Shown here piece after piece: positions 22,620-35,830 of a stretch of DNA of 64,000 nucleotides. Position 1 is the stretch's first letter. The number at the start of each line of letters is the position of its first letter. The DNA comes from Ginglymostoma cirratum. Taxonomy: Eukaryota. A model generated the notes under the pieces. The model was given only the letters and a program-made list of their open reading frames with translations, had not been told where the DNA came from and ran no database searches. A program made the position numbers and the translations under genes. Location: contig JAHRHZ010000144.1 of assembly GCA_024137785.1 (NCBI GenBank), positions 15,961,819 through 16,025,818 on the forward strand. The letters are read 5' to 3'.

Positions 22620-23640
22620 AATCTAACCACCTCCCCTTGGCATTCATTAGTGTTGGGAGGTGATGGCTTTGTCCTTTTGTCACTGCACTAGTCATTCTAA
22701 GTCCCAGTAATGTTCTTGCGACCTGGGTTTGAATCACATCATAGCAGATGGTGGAATTTGAATTCATTAAATATCTAGAATTGATACATGAAACAATTGT
22801 TAATCGGGGTCTTAAGATAATCTAGTTCACTGTTGTCTTTACTTGGTGTCACCTATACGTGACTCCAGACCCACTACTATGTGGTTGACATTTAACTGCC
22901 CTTGGAAAATGGCTCAGCAAGCCACCCAGTCATATCAATTGCTAAAAATCCTCAAAAGAGTAAGGAATGAAACCAAACAAAGCACCTGGCATCAACAGAG
23001 ACACCAGAAAAGACAACAGCAATCACCATCTAGTCAGAGATAGTAGGAACTGCAGATGCTGGAGAATCTGAGGTAACAAGGTGCAGGGCTGGATGATCAC
23101 AGCAGGTCAAGCAGCATCAGAGGATCAGGAAAGCTGACGTTTCGGGCTTAGACTCTTCTTCAGAAGAAGGGTTGAAGCCCAAAACTTCAGCCTTCCTGCT
23201 CCTCTGATGCTGCTTGGCCTGCTGTGTTCTTCCAGCTCTGCACCTTGTTATCTCGCCATCTAGTCAGCCCTGCAACGTCATCCTTATCAACATGTGGCGT
23301 ACAACGCCTAAACAGGAAGAGCTGTTTCAGCTACCATTCAAGCAGCAGGCTGATGGTGATCCAGCCAACAGCAGCACCATTCCTGGGCGTGATTTATTGC
23401 CTATCCTTAGCTGCCCAGAGATAATGATGAACCGCTGCAGTCCATGTTGTAGTTGACACACAATGCTGTAGGCAGGGAATTCAAGGATTTTGTCCCAGTG
23501 ACACTGAAGGAACGGCGATATATTTCCAAGTCAGGGTGTTGAGTGGTTTGAAGGGGAACTTGCAGGTGGGTGTGTTCCCATGTGTCTGCTGCCCTTGTCC
23601 TTCTAGATGGAAGGTGCTGTCTAGGGAGGCTCCAACATGC
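22620..23640. mobile_element. Mosaic of SINE and CR1-like fragments
   Basis: SINE blocks at 22680-22930; endonuclease-like VILINMW; minus-strand LINE tail at 23410-23640. Confidence 0.5.
23038..23255. mobile_element. Penelope-derived palindromic insert (family 1), 12-bp TSD
   Basis: ccatctagtcag at 23026-23037 and 23256-23267; ~90-bp inverted arms; minus-strand CTGAAGA...GAAACGTC at 23134-23163. Confidence 0.85.
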
Positions 23641-24126
23641 TTCATCCCTGCAACTTGAGACCTCTTCATTCTCCAATTCTGTCTACCCCTAATTTCCTTT
23701 CCCCCGACATTTGTGGCCATACCTTCATTGAATTCGAGAGCTGGGAACCTGGACCATTCTCCAAGTCTATTTACCCCCCTCTCCTCCATTGGGCATTTCT
23801 TAAAAACATCTTGTTACCTGTCCTAATATCTCCTTGTGCCAGTGTCGAAATGTCAAATTGTGTTTGAAAACACTACTGGGATATTTCCCCATGTTACAAG
23901 GTGCTACATAAGTGCAAGGGCTGTTGTTGTCAGGGGCTTGAAGTGGTCACAGGCAGAGGAGATTTTAATTGCGTACCTCAGAATGTCAAGCACCACTCCA
24001 GATCTCTGCCACTGGGAGCATCATCGCCACCGACAACGTGACCTGGCCCACTAATGTCTATACACTGCAAACAAACTCCCAGGGCTTCCAACCCTAGGTA
24101 GTTTCAAAGGAATTATACTTTTAGCT

Positions 24127-24321
24127 AAGATAACAAGGTGTGGAGCTGGATGAACACAGCGGGCCAAGCAGCATCAGAGGAGCAGGAAGGCTGAAGAAGG
24201 GTCTAGGCCCGAAACGTCAGCCTTCCTGCTCCTCTGATGCCGCTTGGCCTGCTGTGTTCATCCAGCTCTATACCTTGTTATCTCAGATTCTCCAGCATCT
24301 GCAGTTCCTACTATCTCCCAA
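24127..24321. mobile_element. Penelope-derived palindromic insert (family 1), 12-bp TSD
   Basis: atacttttagct at 24115-24126 and 24322-24333; inverted arms around the core at 24191-24218. Confidence 0.85.
24191..24218 (+). ncRNA. Minimal type I hammerhead-ribozyme-like motif
   Basis: CUGAAGA-A-GGGUCUAGGCCC-GAAA-CGUC. The conserved core is present but stem I is weak. Confidence 0.5.
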
Positions 24322-24509
24322 ATACTTTTAGCTGAAGTATATTTACTGAGAATATGCGAAAGGAGCTAGGTAACAGAGAAGTCTGACTTCTGGAACTGGA
24401 GCCTGGGCCTGTAGAGCTCTAGATAAGTTGTCCTTTCCAACACTTAATGTATAGTCTGGTAAATATGAGTGTGGAGCTCATCTTGCTACTGTGATGGAGG
24501 CTTGTAATA

Positions 24510-24752
24510 TTGTGGCACAGTGGAAGTATTCCTACCCCTAGGTTCAAGGCCCACCTGCTCCAGACATGTGTAAGATTATTTCTGAGCATTGTTGATTAGG
24601 AAAAATAGGTTACAATAGGGAAAGGGAAAAGTGATTATTCATGAAGTGCAGTGAAAGTATCTGTACCTTTGAGCCAGGAGGCCTGGGTTCAAGTCCAACT
24701 TGTTCCAGAGGTCTGTAATAACATCTGTGAATAAGTTGATTAGAAAATAGGT
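24510..24752 (+). mobile_element. Two tandem short tRNA-derived SINE copies
   Basis: Units 24510-24612 and 24645-24752 share cagtg..ggttcaag..tccaga..gttgattag.aaaataggtta. A minus-strand relative lies at ~47880-47990. Confidence 0.55.
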
Positions 24753-25884
24753 TATATAAATTCAAGTGCAAAAGGGCATCCCTTCACTAAGCTTTACAGT
24801 ATTTATAAGGTGGTTATAAAGGGGAAGATGGTTGAATATTCATCTCTGACACCTGTAGTCATTCTGGTATATATAAAATAGTTCTTTTTGAATTTTCTCT
24901 GTTGTAAACTTTAAATGACTGACTGCATGACAAACAAATTGCAAAAATAAAACACATGGGCTATCAAGCCAGATCTCATTCTGGTCTCATGACTTGTCTG
25001 GTATTACTAGCCAAGAACAGAGCACCACACCCTGAGGAATAGTCAGGACAATCAAAGGACTAACAACATTTCTTCAGTAACAGAGCTGAATTCACTGTGA
25101 GTTATTTACTTTATGAGGCAGGCTGCATCTTTTAGAAATTGGAATGGAATGTCTGCTGGTGGGCATCATTTGACAAGCAGACTTCGGGGAGGAGAGGCCT
25201 ACGTAAACAGCCCAGCACAGTCCAAAAATGCCTGTGTTCTGGAAGCCACGTTGACAGCAACAAATACCTCCGTGTCTTCAGACCCACACTGTGTTATCTC
25301 AGACTCCAGCATTGGTAGTTCTTACTACCCCTGTGTCTTGTTTGAGTAAAGACAGACACATATCAGAACTCCACTGACAGTTATCCTGAATATATTGAAA
25401 CAGGGGAATATTGTTTTTTTTCCTGGAATATTTACACTGATGAGTTTCTTAGAAAATGAAATGGGACTGAGGGTGAGCAACGAGGTAAATTGTCCAACAG
25501 AAGGGACAGTTTACTTGTTTTTTTTAAAATTCCATATTTTTATACATCGTACAAAGATCCCACAGTCTAGGCGGGATCTCCTGATAAGATTCAGAATAAA
25601 TGCCTCAAACCGACATAGGATGAAAAAGGAAAGAATTTGTGCATCTTCTCATATGCTTTTTGCAGTTATTAAAGAAAGGATTGCAGTTTCAAAACCAGAT
25701 AGTGGATGAAGTTGCTGTTTATGCCCACGGTGAGGCCGTTCAAATTTCCACCAGATATTCAGCAGAAATTCCAGAGAAGCAAAAAAAAACCCACAGGGAA
25801 ATTCTACACCATGTCATCAGACTAAGCAAAACTGAAGTAAAGGCAAAAACACCATGGATAGTGGAGATCTGAGAGAAAAAAAAT

Positions 25885-26452
25885 GACGGTTATGACATTG
25901 TGTTGAGTTTGTTCAGGACATTGGTGAGGACTCTTCTGGAGTATTGGGTCCGGTTCTGGTAATCCTGCTATAGGAAGGATATTATTAAGCTGGAGATGGT
26001 TCAGAAGAGATTTACCAGGATGTTGCTGAGAATGGAGGGCTTGAGTTATAAGGATAAAATAGATAGACTGGGACTTTTCTCACTCTAACTTAGGAGGTTG
26101 ACAGGTGAACTTATAAAGGTTTATATAACTTTGAGAGATATAGATAAAGTGAATGGCAGGTGATTTTTTTTCCTAGGGCAGGAGAGTTCAAGACTAGGGA
26201 GCATATTTTTAAAGTGAAAGGAGAAAGATTTAACAAAGATTTGAGGTGTATGGAATGAACTTCCAGAGGAAGTGGTAGATGCAAGTACAGTTACAATGTT
26301 TAAAGGACATTTGGATAAGTACATGTTAAGAAATGTTTGGAGGGATATGGGCCAAGAGCAGGCAGGTGGGACCAGTTTAGTTTGGGATTATGGTCAGCGT
26401 GGACTGGTTGGACCAAAGGGTCTGTTTCCATGCTGTATGCTTCTATGACTCT
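25885..26452 (+). mobile_element. CR1 LINE 3' fragment
   Basis: cagaagagatttaccaggatgttg...gggtctgtttccatgctgtatg..tctatgactct tail; similar to 47120-47716. Confidence 0.85.
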
Positions 26453-27189
26453 AAAAAATAAGCCGGAAATATTCAGCAGGGCTGGCAGCGTCGGCAAGAG
26501 GATCGGAGCTGATGGGTCAATATGAAACAGGACCATCAGAGGTTGGGATCGAGGTTCTCCATAACTTGCTGATTTACAGGCTTAGGTTCCAGTCCAGCAC
26601 AGGCTATAGGTCATTGTCAGGTAGGTCCACGTTTCCAGGTCAGGTCCACCTGAGGAGATGGAAACTGATCTCAATAGGGATGGGGATTTACTCTCGGGGA
26701 TGGGGTGGTGGGCTGCATTTTGTCTGGACAGGGTTATGGGTCTCCATTTTTGTGCTGCAGCAAGATTGATCTCAGAGGGAAGCAAGTCTGGCCCAGGGGA
26801 AAGAAGGAAAAGGCGAAGGGCATTCGATCCCGGGTATCAGGCTAGGAGGGATGAGAGACAGGGTGAAGATCAGATGGCTGAAGGAAGGAGGAGGAAGCTA
26901 ATAAGCCTGATAAAGAAGGGCAATGGAAGAGGAGAAGGGATGATGGGGTTGCAGGCGTCTGATCAAGGAGACTTAGCCAGGTTGCCACTCTGGATTCAGC
27001 AAGTAAGTGGAAGGGAGTTATGCCTTAATGCGGCAGCACGTCACCTACAAGGCTGTCAGGATTTTGAAGCAAAGGAAACCTGGTTATTCACAGGCACACT
27101 GCCTCATTATAGTTTTTAAAGGGTTATCCTTGGATCAAGTTGGTAACCTGCTCCCTTTACCATGTCCAGTTCAACTAGGAGTGAGCAGG

Positions 27190-27720
27190 GTAGAGACATA
27201 TTCATTCTAGCCCAGTGCTGGCTCTGTCCCGGGAGTGTTTGATGGGGGCAGTGCTGGGGCAGATTTACTTTCAGTTTAAAAGTGGCAGCTTTACCATGTT
27301 GTTACTGCCCTGGGAGTGTTTGGTGAGAACTTTACTTTCAGTTTAAAAGAATAAAGACATATTCATTCTCGTCCTATGCAGCCTCAGTCCCAGGATGATG
27401 GAGATCGTGCAGAAGGAGACTTATTTTCTCTCTAATCCAGTGCTATACTTGCCTTGGGAGTGTTTGATGGGAACAGTGTCAACAGCACTATCATTTCAGT
27501 TTGAAAAAAAATAGGGGTAACTTTACTCTTTAGCTATCACAGCACTGAGTGTTTGATGGGGACAATGTAGAGGGAGTTTCCATTTCAGTTTACAAGAGTG
27601 TGGGAAGTTTTACTCTGTCAAAGCTGATGTCATCCCTGTCCTTCGAGTGCTTGCTGGGGGCAGTGTCAAAGGAATTTTAATTTCATTTTAAAAGGGTAGA
27701 GGAAGCTTTACTTCCTGTTA
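27190..27720 (+). repeat. Degenerate tandem array of gggagtgtttgatgggg.cagtg units
   Basis: The motif recurs at ~27231, 27311, 27456, 27547 and 27645, each followed by tttcagttt. Confidence 0.75.
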
Positions 27721-29724
27721 AAAGAGTTGAGACAGGTTCACGTTGCGTCTTGATTTCCAGCACTTTAAACACACTACTCATCCATAAACCACCTGTTTTG
27801 TCTGATTATGATCGCTGACCCCACATCCCGCTCCACCTCGCGCCCCCCAACCCTCCCAAAAAGTTTCTGGTGGATGACATTCAGCCAGAAAAAAAAGGTA
27901 CATTCATTTAACACTACTACCGCAAAATAGCTCCAGGAGCAGACTCTCTTCCATGGCACAGTACATTTGTTTCCATATCTCATACTCGTCATCGTTCTAG
28001 TGTTTCTGAATGGAACTTTTCAACAAAACTCTCCTAATTAGGATCCGTTTTCTTCAGATCAAGCAGAATTAATTGATCATTTCCCCACTGTTAGCTCAAT
28101 ACAGAGTCTAGTTAGCCAAAGTTACCCCTTGAATTCCTATTGCATTTCAACTCAAGGTTTTCACGTGAAACTCCAGAATAAAACCTCAGTACCCATCCCC
28201 TTCCTTAGAGCCTGTACTGAGGGCAGGATCTGACAGAGGTTAGTGAGGTACATTATTACGCGAATTAAATGCACAAGCAAGTTACAATTATGGGAAGTGA
28301 TGTTAAAAGTTTCCACTTGAAATTTTGTTCACCTTTTTACGTCAAAGCAATTTCTGACCACAAGTCTAAATATGAAGTAATGAATCAGCTTCTCTTTATT
28401 TTCATGCACCACAAGTACTGGCTTCTGTTGCAGAGTTTAATGTTCATTGTATTCCTGACATGAAATTTATGATGTAACTATCAAAGGTGTTGCAATTGTA
28501 TTGAGACATCTTAGAATGGAACATCACGTATGGAGAAAATTTTAAATGAATTTTATTCCATGTTTTGTCATTTGCAATCTGAAGTACTTTGTAATGTACT
28601 TTAATACATTTTACAAGTAACATTTATTTTTGAAAAAAGAAGTATGCCAAATATTTAGCCTCTTCATAAGCACACATTGCTAAACTAATTACACAGCAAT
28701 GAAATGCACCAAGTTGGTGATCCTTGCTCTAAAACAAACCTCAATCAAGAAGGTGGCTTTATTGTCAGTATTTCAACAGGAGATTGTACTCCAATTACTC
28801 CCATTGACTGATGATAGACTTACCACCCTTGTTAATGAACATTTAAAACCCACATCAAAGTTGCCTGATTTCATAGAAAATAAAGGAACATGTAGCAGAA
28901 GTATGCTATTTAGCCCTATGAGCCTACTCTACAGTTCAATAAACATGGATGATCATCCAACTCAATAACCTGTTCCCGCTTTCTCCCCGTAGACTTTGAT
29001 CCCTTAACCCCAAGCATTATGTCCAACTCCTTCTCGAAAACAACATTTACATAGAAAATAGGAGTAGAAGTAGCCCATTCAACCTTTCAAGCCTGCTCCA
29101 CCATTCAATATGGGCATGGCTGATCATTGAACTCAACACCCTAATCCTGCTTCCCCTCTACCCCCCACTATTCCTTGATCCTTTTAGACTAGAGAGCTAT
29201 GTCTATCTTGAATACTTTCTGTGACAGATTTCCACAGGCTCAACATTGTCTTAGTGAAGAAATTTCTTCCTCATCTCAGTCCTAAATGGCCTACCTTGTA
29301 TCCTTAGACTGTGAGCCTGGTTCTGGACTCCCTGGTCACCAAGAACATCCTTCCTATATTTCCCCTGTTTAGTTCAGTTAGAATTTTGTTTGGTCACAAT
29401 GAGATCTCCCCCTTCATTCTTGTAAACCCCAATGAATACAATGCTAACTGATCCAATCCCTCTTCATATGTCAGTTCTGCTATTCCAGGAATCAGTTTCA
29501 GAATCTTCACTGCACTCCCTCCATAGCTTCCACTCCCTTCCTCAGATAAAGAGACCAAAACTGCACACAATACTTCAGGTGTGCTCTCACCAAGGCCCTG
29601 TACAATTGCAGCAAGGCATCCTGCTCCTGTACTCAAATCGTCTCACTATGAAGGCCAATATTCCATTTGCCTTCTTCACTGCCTACTGCACCAGCATTCT
29701 TACTTTCAGCAAATGGTGAACAAG

Positions 29725-30062
29725 GATACCTCATCCCAAGACCAGCCCATCTCATCCCAGCCTCCTTGACCTGTCCATCTTTTCTCCCACCTATCCGCTC
29801 CTCCCACCTCTCTGACCAACCCCCATTCCAACTACCTACCTACACTCACATTTATTGGCTTCATCCTCGCCTCCTTGACCTGTCCGTCTTCTCTCCACCT
29901 ATCTGCTCCTCTATCCACCTTCCATCATCGCCTCCCCCTCTCTGTATTTATTTCAGAGCTCCCTTCCCATCCCCCATTTCTGAAGAAGGGTCCAGACCGT
30001 GAATGTCCTGCTCCTCTGATGCTGCCTGGCCTGCTGTGTTCATCCAGCTCTATACCTGGTTA
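29725..30062 (+). mobile_element. Longer family 1 Penelope-derived copy with pyrimidine-rich body
   Basis: ccccatttctgaagaagggtccagacc...ctctgatgctgcctggcctgctgtgttcatccagctc, nested in CR1. Confidence 0.7.
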
Positions 30063-30882
30063 TACCTAGGTCTTGTTGCACCTCCCCCTTTCCCAGCTAT
30101 ACAGATAATAAATCTGCCTTCCTGCTTTTGCCATGAAAAAAATAACCTCACATTTATCCACATTATACTGCATCTGCCATGTATTGCCCACACACTCAAC
30201 TTGCTCAAATCAAACTGAAGCATCTCTGCATCTCCTTACAATTTACCCTCCCAACCAGCTTTGTGTAATCTGCAAATTTAGGAAGCATTGTAGCTACTTC
30301 CCACGTCTAAACTCAATACGTAATGAATAGCCAGAGTCCAAGCACTGATCCCTGTGGTACCCCACTAATCACTGCCTGCCACTCAAAGAGAGACCCTTTT
30401 ACACTTACTCCTTATTTCCTGCCTGCCAAAAAGTTCTCTATCCAGGTCAGCCCACTAAAGCACATCATACTGGGAATAATTTTATATGCTAATCTCTAAA
30501 AGAAAATTATTGAAACCTTCTGTAAGTTCAAGTAAACTATATATACTGGCTTCCCATTATCATGTCAAAAAAATTCCAGTAAATTTGTCATTCAACAGTT
30601 ACCCTGGAGTAAATCAATGCTGATTGTCTGATTCTGTCACTATCGCCCAAGGGCTCTGTTATGAAATCTTTTATAATGGACTCTAGCATTTTCCCTGCCG
30701 ATGTCAGGCTAACGGGTCTATAATTCCCAGAATTCTCTAATCCCTCTTTTAAATAAAAAAGTTAGGTTACATTAGTTACCCTCAGATCCACAGGAACAGT
30801 CCCAGAGTCTACAGAATCTTGAAAGTTGACAACCAATGGATCAAATATATCTACGAACATTTCCTTCAGTATTCTGGGATGT

Positions 30883-31360
30883 CTAAGGGTTTTGAGTAGA
30901 TTTGTAGTTTGGCCTGCAGGTGTGGTGGTTGGTTGGCTTGCCGAGCTGGTTCGTTGTTTTTCCGCAGACGTTTCATTACCCTGCTGGGTAACACCATCAG
31001 TGCAGCCTCCGATGAAGCGCTGTTGTGTTTTCCCACATGGATAAGGAGAACCACCAATTCAACAGGGACAACACGAAGATCCTAGGACAAGCTAAGCAGA
31101 GACAGGCACGGGAGTTCCTAGAAGCCTGGTACTCCACGAAGAAAGCCATCAACGAACACATAGAACTCGACCCCATATACACTCCACTACGATGGGAAAC
31201 CGGAAGTGAGGTAATCCAGATCAATGGACTCCAGAGTTTAAAAACCAGGCGGGAAAACACGACAGCGCTTCATCGGATGCTGCCCTGATGATGTAACCCA
31301 GCAAGGTAATGAAACGTCTGCGAAACAATGAACCAGCTCGGTGAGCCAACCAACCACAAC
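30883..31360 (+). mobile_element. 5'-truncated Penelope-like element with inverted terminal repeat
   Basis: 12-bp TSD attctgggatgt at 30871-30882 and 31361-31372; inverted arms ~30921-31034 and ~31250-31360; ORF HQFNRDNTKIL...REFLEAWYS...IN (GIY-YIG C-terminus). Confidence 0.9.
31279..31323 (+). ncRNA. Minimal hammerhead-ribozyme-like motif in the PLE terminal repeat
   Basis: gctgcc-CUGAUGA-uguaacccagcaagguaau-GAAA-CGUC-ugcga. The inverted copy at 30962-31005 has an intact stem I (ctgca/tgcgg) and stem II (ttaccc/gggtaa) but reads CUGAUGG. Confidence 0.65.
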
Positions 31361-31878
31361 ATTCTGGGATGTAGATTAATCAAGCCCAAGGGATTTATTG
31401 GTCTCTAATTTCATCAGTTTCCCCCTCACCATTTCCCTTCTAGTACCAATTTCCTTTAGTTCCTCCCTCTCACCAGACTCTGTGTCCCCAATGTGATGTG
31501 TGTCCTCCTTGAACCAAAATATGCATTTAATTCGTCTGTCATTTCTTTATTCCCCTTCATAACTTCTGCAGTTTCTGACTGTAAAGGACCTATATTATCT
31601 TCACTAATTTGTTTTTCTCTTCACACACCTATAGAAGCTTCTACAACCAGTTTGTATGTTCTCCACGGGCTTACTCAAACTTTTATTTCCCCCTCTTAAT
31701 CTGTTTGTCAGCCTTTGTTGAAATCTAAACTGCTTCCAACCTTCAGGTCTGCTGCTTTTTGTTTGGCTAATTTGTAAGTCCCTTCCTTGAATCTAATACT
31801 ATCCCCACTTTCCCCTGTTAGCCATGGTTCAGCCACCTTTCCCATTTTGTTTTTGTGCCAGACACAGAAGTATGTTTG

Positions 31879-32082
31879 GAGATAGTAGGAACTGCTGATG
31901 CTGGAGTCTGAGATAACAAGGTGTGGAGCTGGATGAACACAGCTGGCCAGGCAGCATCAGAGGAGCCCGAAAGCTGACGTTTCGGGTCTGGACCCATTTC
32001 TGAAGAAGGGTCCAGACCCGAAACGTCACCTTTCCTGTTCCTCTGATGCTGCCTGGCCTGCTGCGTTCATCCAACTCCACAA
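31879..32082. mobile_element. Penelope-derived palindromic insert (family 1), 11-bp TSD
   Basis: aagtatgtttg at 31868-31878 and 32083-32093; CTGAAGA-A-GGGTC-CA-GACCC-GAAA-CGTC at 32000-32027. Confidence 0.85.
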
Positions 32083-33099
32083 AAGTATGTTTGTTACATT
32101 TCATCCATGTGCTCTTTAAATCTTTGTCAATGCCTATCCACTCATCCCTTTAAGTCATGCTCCCAGTTTATTATTGCCAGCTCACACCTCATACCATAGT
32201 TTCCTTAATTACATTCAGGACCCTAGTCTCAGAATCAACTAAATTTCTCACCATCTGAACAAAGAATTCTACCCTATTATCCTGCCTCTTTTTCTCCTTT
32301 TTCTGTTCTTCCTAAAAACTAGATACCCTTGAATATTCAGTTGTCATCCCTGGGTCTCCTTGCAACCGTATCTCCATAATCCCAACTCTATCCTCTTCAT
32401 TTATATTTATTTGCATGACTAATTCATCCACTGTATTGCACTGCATGTTAAGACACAAGGGCTTAAGGCTCATCTTTTAAACATACATATCATTCTGAAT
32501 TTTGAACATTTGCTTTATTTGACATTGTGACCCAGTTTAATTCTTGCTCTTGAAATTGTTGTCCAGCACTTATTTCCCATTCTGACTTTTCTTTTGGTGC
32601 TTCTTTCCCTCCTTTTTGTCCCCCTGTTATGGACTCCCATCCCCCTACCATTTTAGTTTAAACTCTCTTTCACTGCGCTGACAAATACTCTCACTGGGGC
32701 ATCATTTTGGTCCTGCTCAGATGCAACCCATCCAACCAGCTTATACTGGTGCCACCACCCCCATTCCTCCCCACAACCTCCACATCCCACTGACCATTTT
32801 AATCATTTTTATGTCACAATGTATTGATAGTTTTGGCCTAGGGTTTAAGGAGCTTCCACTGAATCTTGCTTCAAAAAGATAAAAACAAAACCCAATATAA
32901 CGTGTTATATATTCATCCTTTTGTAAAGCTTAGACATATTAAGAAAGCAGTTATGCTATCATTGAGACTGCACCTATCCTTGTTATTAATCTAGTAGCAG
33001 TTTATTGCACTTTTATTTGAGACACAAATTGTTATCACTGAACTTCTCTTTCACACCCAACAAGGAAAAAAAAGCCACAGAACGGGATCTGACGAGAAA

Positions 33100-33440
33100 C
33101 ACGGAGAGTGGTCTGTATGAGGAATGAACTGCCAGAGGAACTGGGAGATGCAGGTACAGTTACAATATTTAAAAGATATTTGGACAAGTGCATGAATAGG
33201 AATGGTTTGGATGGATATGGGCCCAATGCAGGCAAATTGGACTAGTTTACTTTGGGAAACTAGGTCAGCCTGGACGAGTTGGCTGAAAGGTCAGTGTCTG
33301 TGCTCTATGACTCTATAACTGCAGATGTCGAAAATCTGAAACAAAAAGAGAAATTGCTGGAGAAACCCAGGTCTGGCAGCGTCTGTAGGGAGAAAACAGA
33401 GTTAATGCTTTGAGTCTAGTGACTCTTCTTCAGACCCTTT
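33100..33440 (+). mobile_element. CR1 3' end followed by a family 2 Penelope-derived arm
   Basis: CR1 tail ...ctctatgactcta to ~33316, then ctgcagatg...gctggagaaac...cttcttcag. Confidence 0.7.
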
Positions 33441-33474
33441 TCTCCTTCATACCATTCTCCACTGCCTGACAGAG

Positions 33475-33825
33475 AGGTGGTGGCCTAGTAGCATTATCAC
33501 TGGACTGTTAATCCAGAGATCCAGATAACATTCTGGGGACCTGTGTTCGAAACCCACCATGGCAGATAGTGAAATTTGAATTCAATAAATATCTGGGATT
33601 AAGGAGCTAACGATGACCATGAATCCATTGCCGATTGTCAGAAAAAAACCCCATCTGGTTCGCTAATGTCCTTTAGGGAAGGAAACTACCATTCTTACCT
33701 GGTCTGGACTACATGTGACTCCAGACCCACAGCAATGTGGTTGACTCTTAACTGCCCTCTGGGCAATTAGGGCTGGGCAATAAATGCCAGCGATGCCCTC
33801 ATCCCATTAATGAATAAAGAAAACA
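33475..33825 (+). mobile_element. tRNA-derived SINE (20858 family)
   Basis: gtggcctagtag A-box, gttcgaaaccc B-box, same body and tail as 20858-21220. Confidence 0.75.
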
Positions 33826-34811
33826 AAATGGCAGTATGCTAGTTAAGAGATCATCAGCGGAATTTTCTCCACTTGACATTCAGGCCTCGGCACCATTTGC
33901 AAGTCCTGACTCAGTCTGTCCGAGGTACGCCCTGTGGCATGATCTCACATGAGGCAGCAAATTAACCAGCTGCCTCCACTTTAGCGGCAGGAATATGGCC
34001 AACAGCCCCATGAGAAAAGGCGAGTACAGCTCTGACAGACGGAGGCCCCCACTTAGTAGCCCAAATGCTAAGAGCCAAGACCATCAGACTGCAGCCGAAA
34101 CTGTCTAAAAGATATGCTGCATTCAGTTTCCTGACTCGTTTATACCTTTACCGACGTTGAAATTAAAATTCGGTTGGATGTTACATCAGGAATAATTTAT
34201 TGATTTAGCATGGTCAAAGTTAGAAGGTAGGGACATTGGGGAGACCGAAAGGAACTTGATGCATTCAGAACAAAGTTTTTCTCCTCACCTGTACTATGAG
34301 GGAATAACTGTGAGAGATGGATTCAAGTTGTAGACTCCTTATTCTTCCTTCAGTTGTTTGCTTCAGAAGGGAAAAGGACAAAAACATACTGACCGTAATT
34401 TCCAATGTTCCCAATATTAATGATTACAAAGAATTGCATCTAACAAACCTAAAATTGGACAAAAATGCATATAATGCCAACTGTGTGTGCCAATTTGAGG
34501 TTTTTCTTTTGCTAGCGTGACATTTCTGGTAGCTTAATATATCCAGCTAGAGAGACAATCTATTTTTACTTTTAAATTGATGCAGAATTTCAGTAGCTAA
34601 AGATCCGAGGAAACATGAAGGGAATGGGAGGGTCCTCTGTACATAAAAGCCACATAAAATGAACCCTGTACTTAAATGTTAGGATGCAAAATAATAGATG
34701 TTATATGAAATGGAAAAGGAAATAGTTTGGTATTTTTGAAACTCAGTAATAACGAGTGTCCTTAAAATAGCTAAGCAGTAAGCAGGTCTCGTGTGGTTTG
34801 AGTTAGTTGTG

Positions 34812-35080
34812 TCAGCTCTGGCTCAGATGCACACTCCCTCTGAGTCAGAAGGGTTCTGGACCCACACAAGAGACTTTGTAACAAAAGTTGAACAATGCTG
34901 ACTTTCCAGTACAAAACAGAGAGAGGTGCTGTCACTCAAATGAGGCCTGTTAAATCAAAGTCCCCATCAGGTCTCTCAGTTAAACATCAAAAGATGCCAA
35001 TGGCACCATCTTGTAGAGGAGCATGGGAGTTTGCTGTGGTATGTCCTGCCAATACCTACCTCTCAAATAGTATCATCATG
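34812..35080 (+). mobile_element. DeuSINE/SacSINE1-like fragment
   Basis: ctctgagtcagaagg...ctgactttccagtac...tcctgccaata...cctctcaa. Related pieces at ~42690-42850, ~45330-45480 and ~49860-50040 (minus). Confidence 0.55.
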
Positions 35081-35354
35081 TAAACATTCTGAAAGGTTAT
35101 CAAAGATTTAAATGCGATGGAAAAACAAAATTTGCTTAACAAGGAAAACACCCATTGTAACTTTTTAAAAAGCATTTCTTAATCAGGACCCTGTTCAGAG
35201 TGGGAGTCTCATCATCCAGGCCACTTAAAAATTAAGCTATTTTTGTTCATTAAAATAGATTGTTTTTAAACTGTGTTGTGCTGATTGCACTGACATATCT
35301 AATATTATGGCAGGCCTCATCCTGAAAGGCTGATATAATGGATAAAAACTGAGC

Positions 35355-35830
35355 CATAGAGTCATAGAGCTGTACAGCATGGAAACAAAACCTTCAGTCC
35401 AACTCGTCCATGCCAATCAGATAACTTGAATTAATCTAGTCCCATTTCCCAGCATTTGGCCCGTATCCTTCGACACATTTCCGGTTCATGTATCCATCCA
35501 GATGCCTTTTAAATGTTGTAACTGTACCAGCATCCACCACTTCTTCTGGAAGCTCATTCCGTACATGCACCACTGTCTGCGTGTAAAAGTTGCCCCTCTG
35601 GTCCCTTTTAAATCCTACTCCCTCACCTTAAACCTATGCCCTCAAATTTTGGCCTCCCCGACCCTGGTGAAAAGACCTTGTCTACTCACCTTATTCATGC
35701 CCCTCATGATTTTATAAACCTCTATAAGGTCACCCTTTAGCCTTCAATGCTCCAGGGAAAAGGGCTCCAGCCTATTCCTCCTCTTCCTATGGCTCAAATC
35801 CAACCTTGGCAAATCCTTGTAAAGTGTATT
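35355..35830 (-). mobile_element. CR1 LINE 3' fragment
   Basis: Begins catagagtcatagag (complement of the CR1 microsatellite tail). Confidence 0.85.

Larger units (their letters stand above)
28875..32740 (-). mobile_element. Long decayed CR1 LINE with nested insertions
   Basis: CR1 3' end at ~28875-29100; RT-region remnants (e.g. complement of ggggtaccacagggatcagtgcttgg at ~30340-30365) further right. Confidence 0.75.

Noticed and set aside
27190-27720. CRISPR-like repeat-spacer array
   Set aside because: Eukaryotic context, degenerate repeats, spacers related to each other, and no cas genes.
12154-32027. Functional coupling between the ERV 2H domain and the nearby hammerhead-like motifs (both involve 2',3'-cyclic phosphates)
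   Set aside because: The hammerhead-bearing repeats are dispersed independent insertions. Their proximity is explained by abundance, and nothing in the sequence links them.
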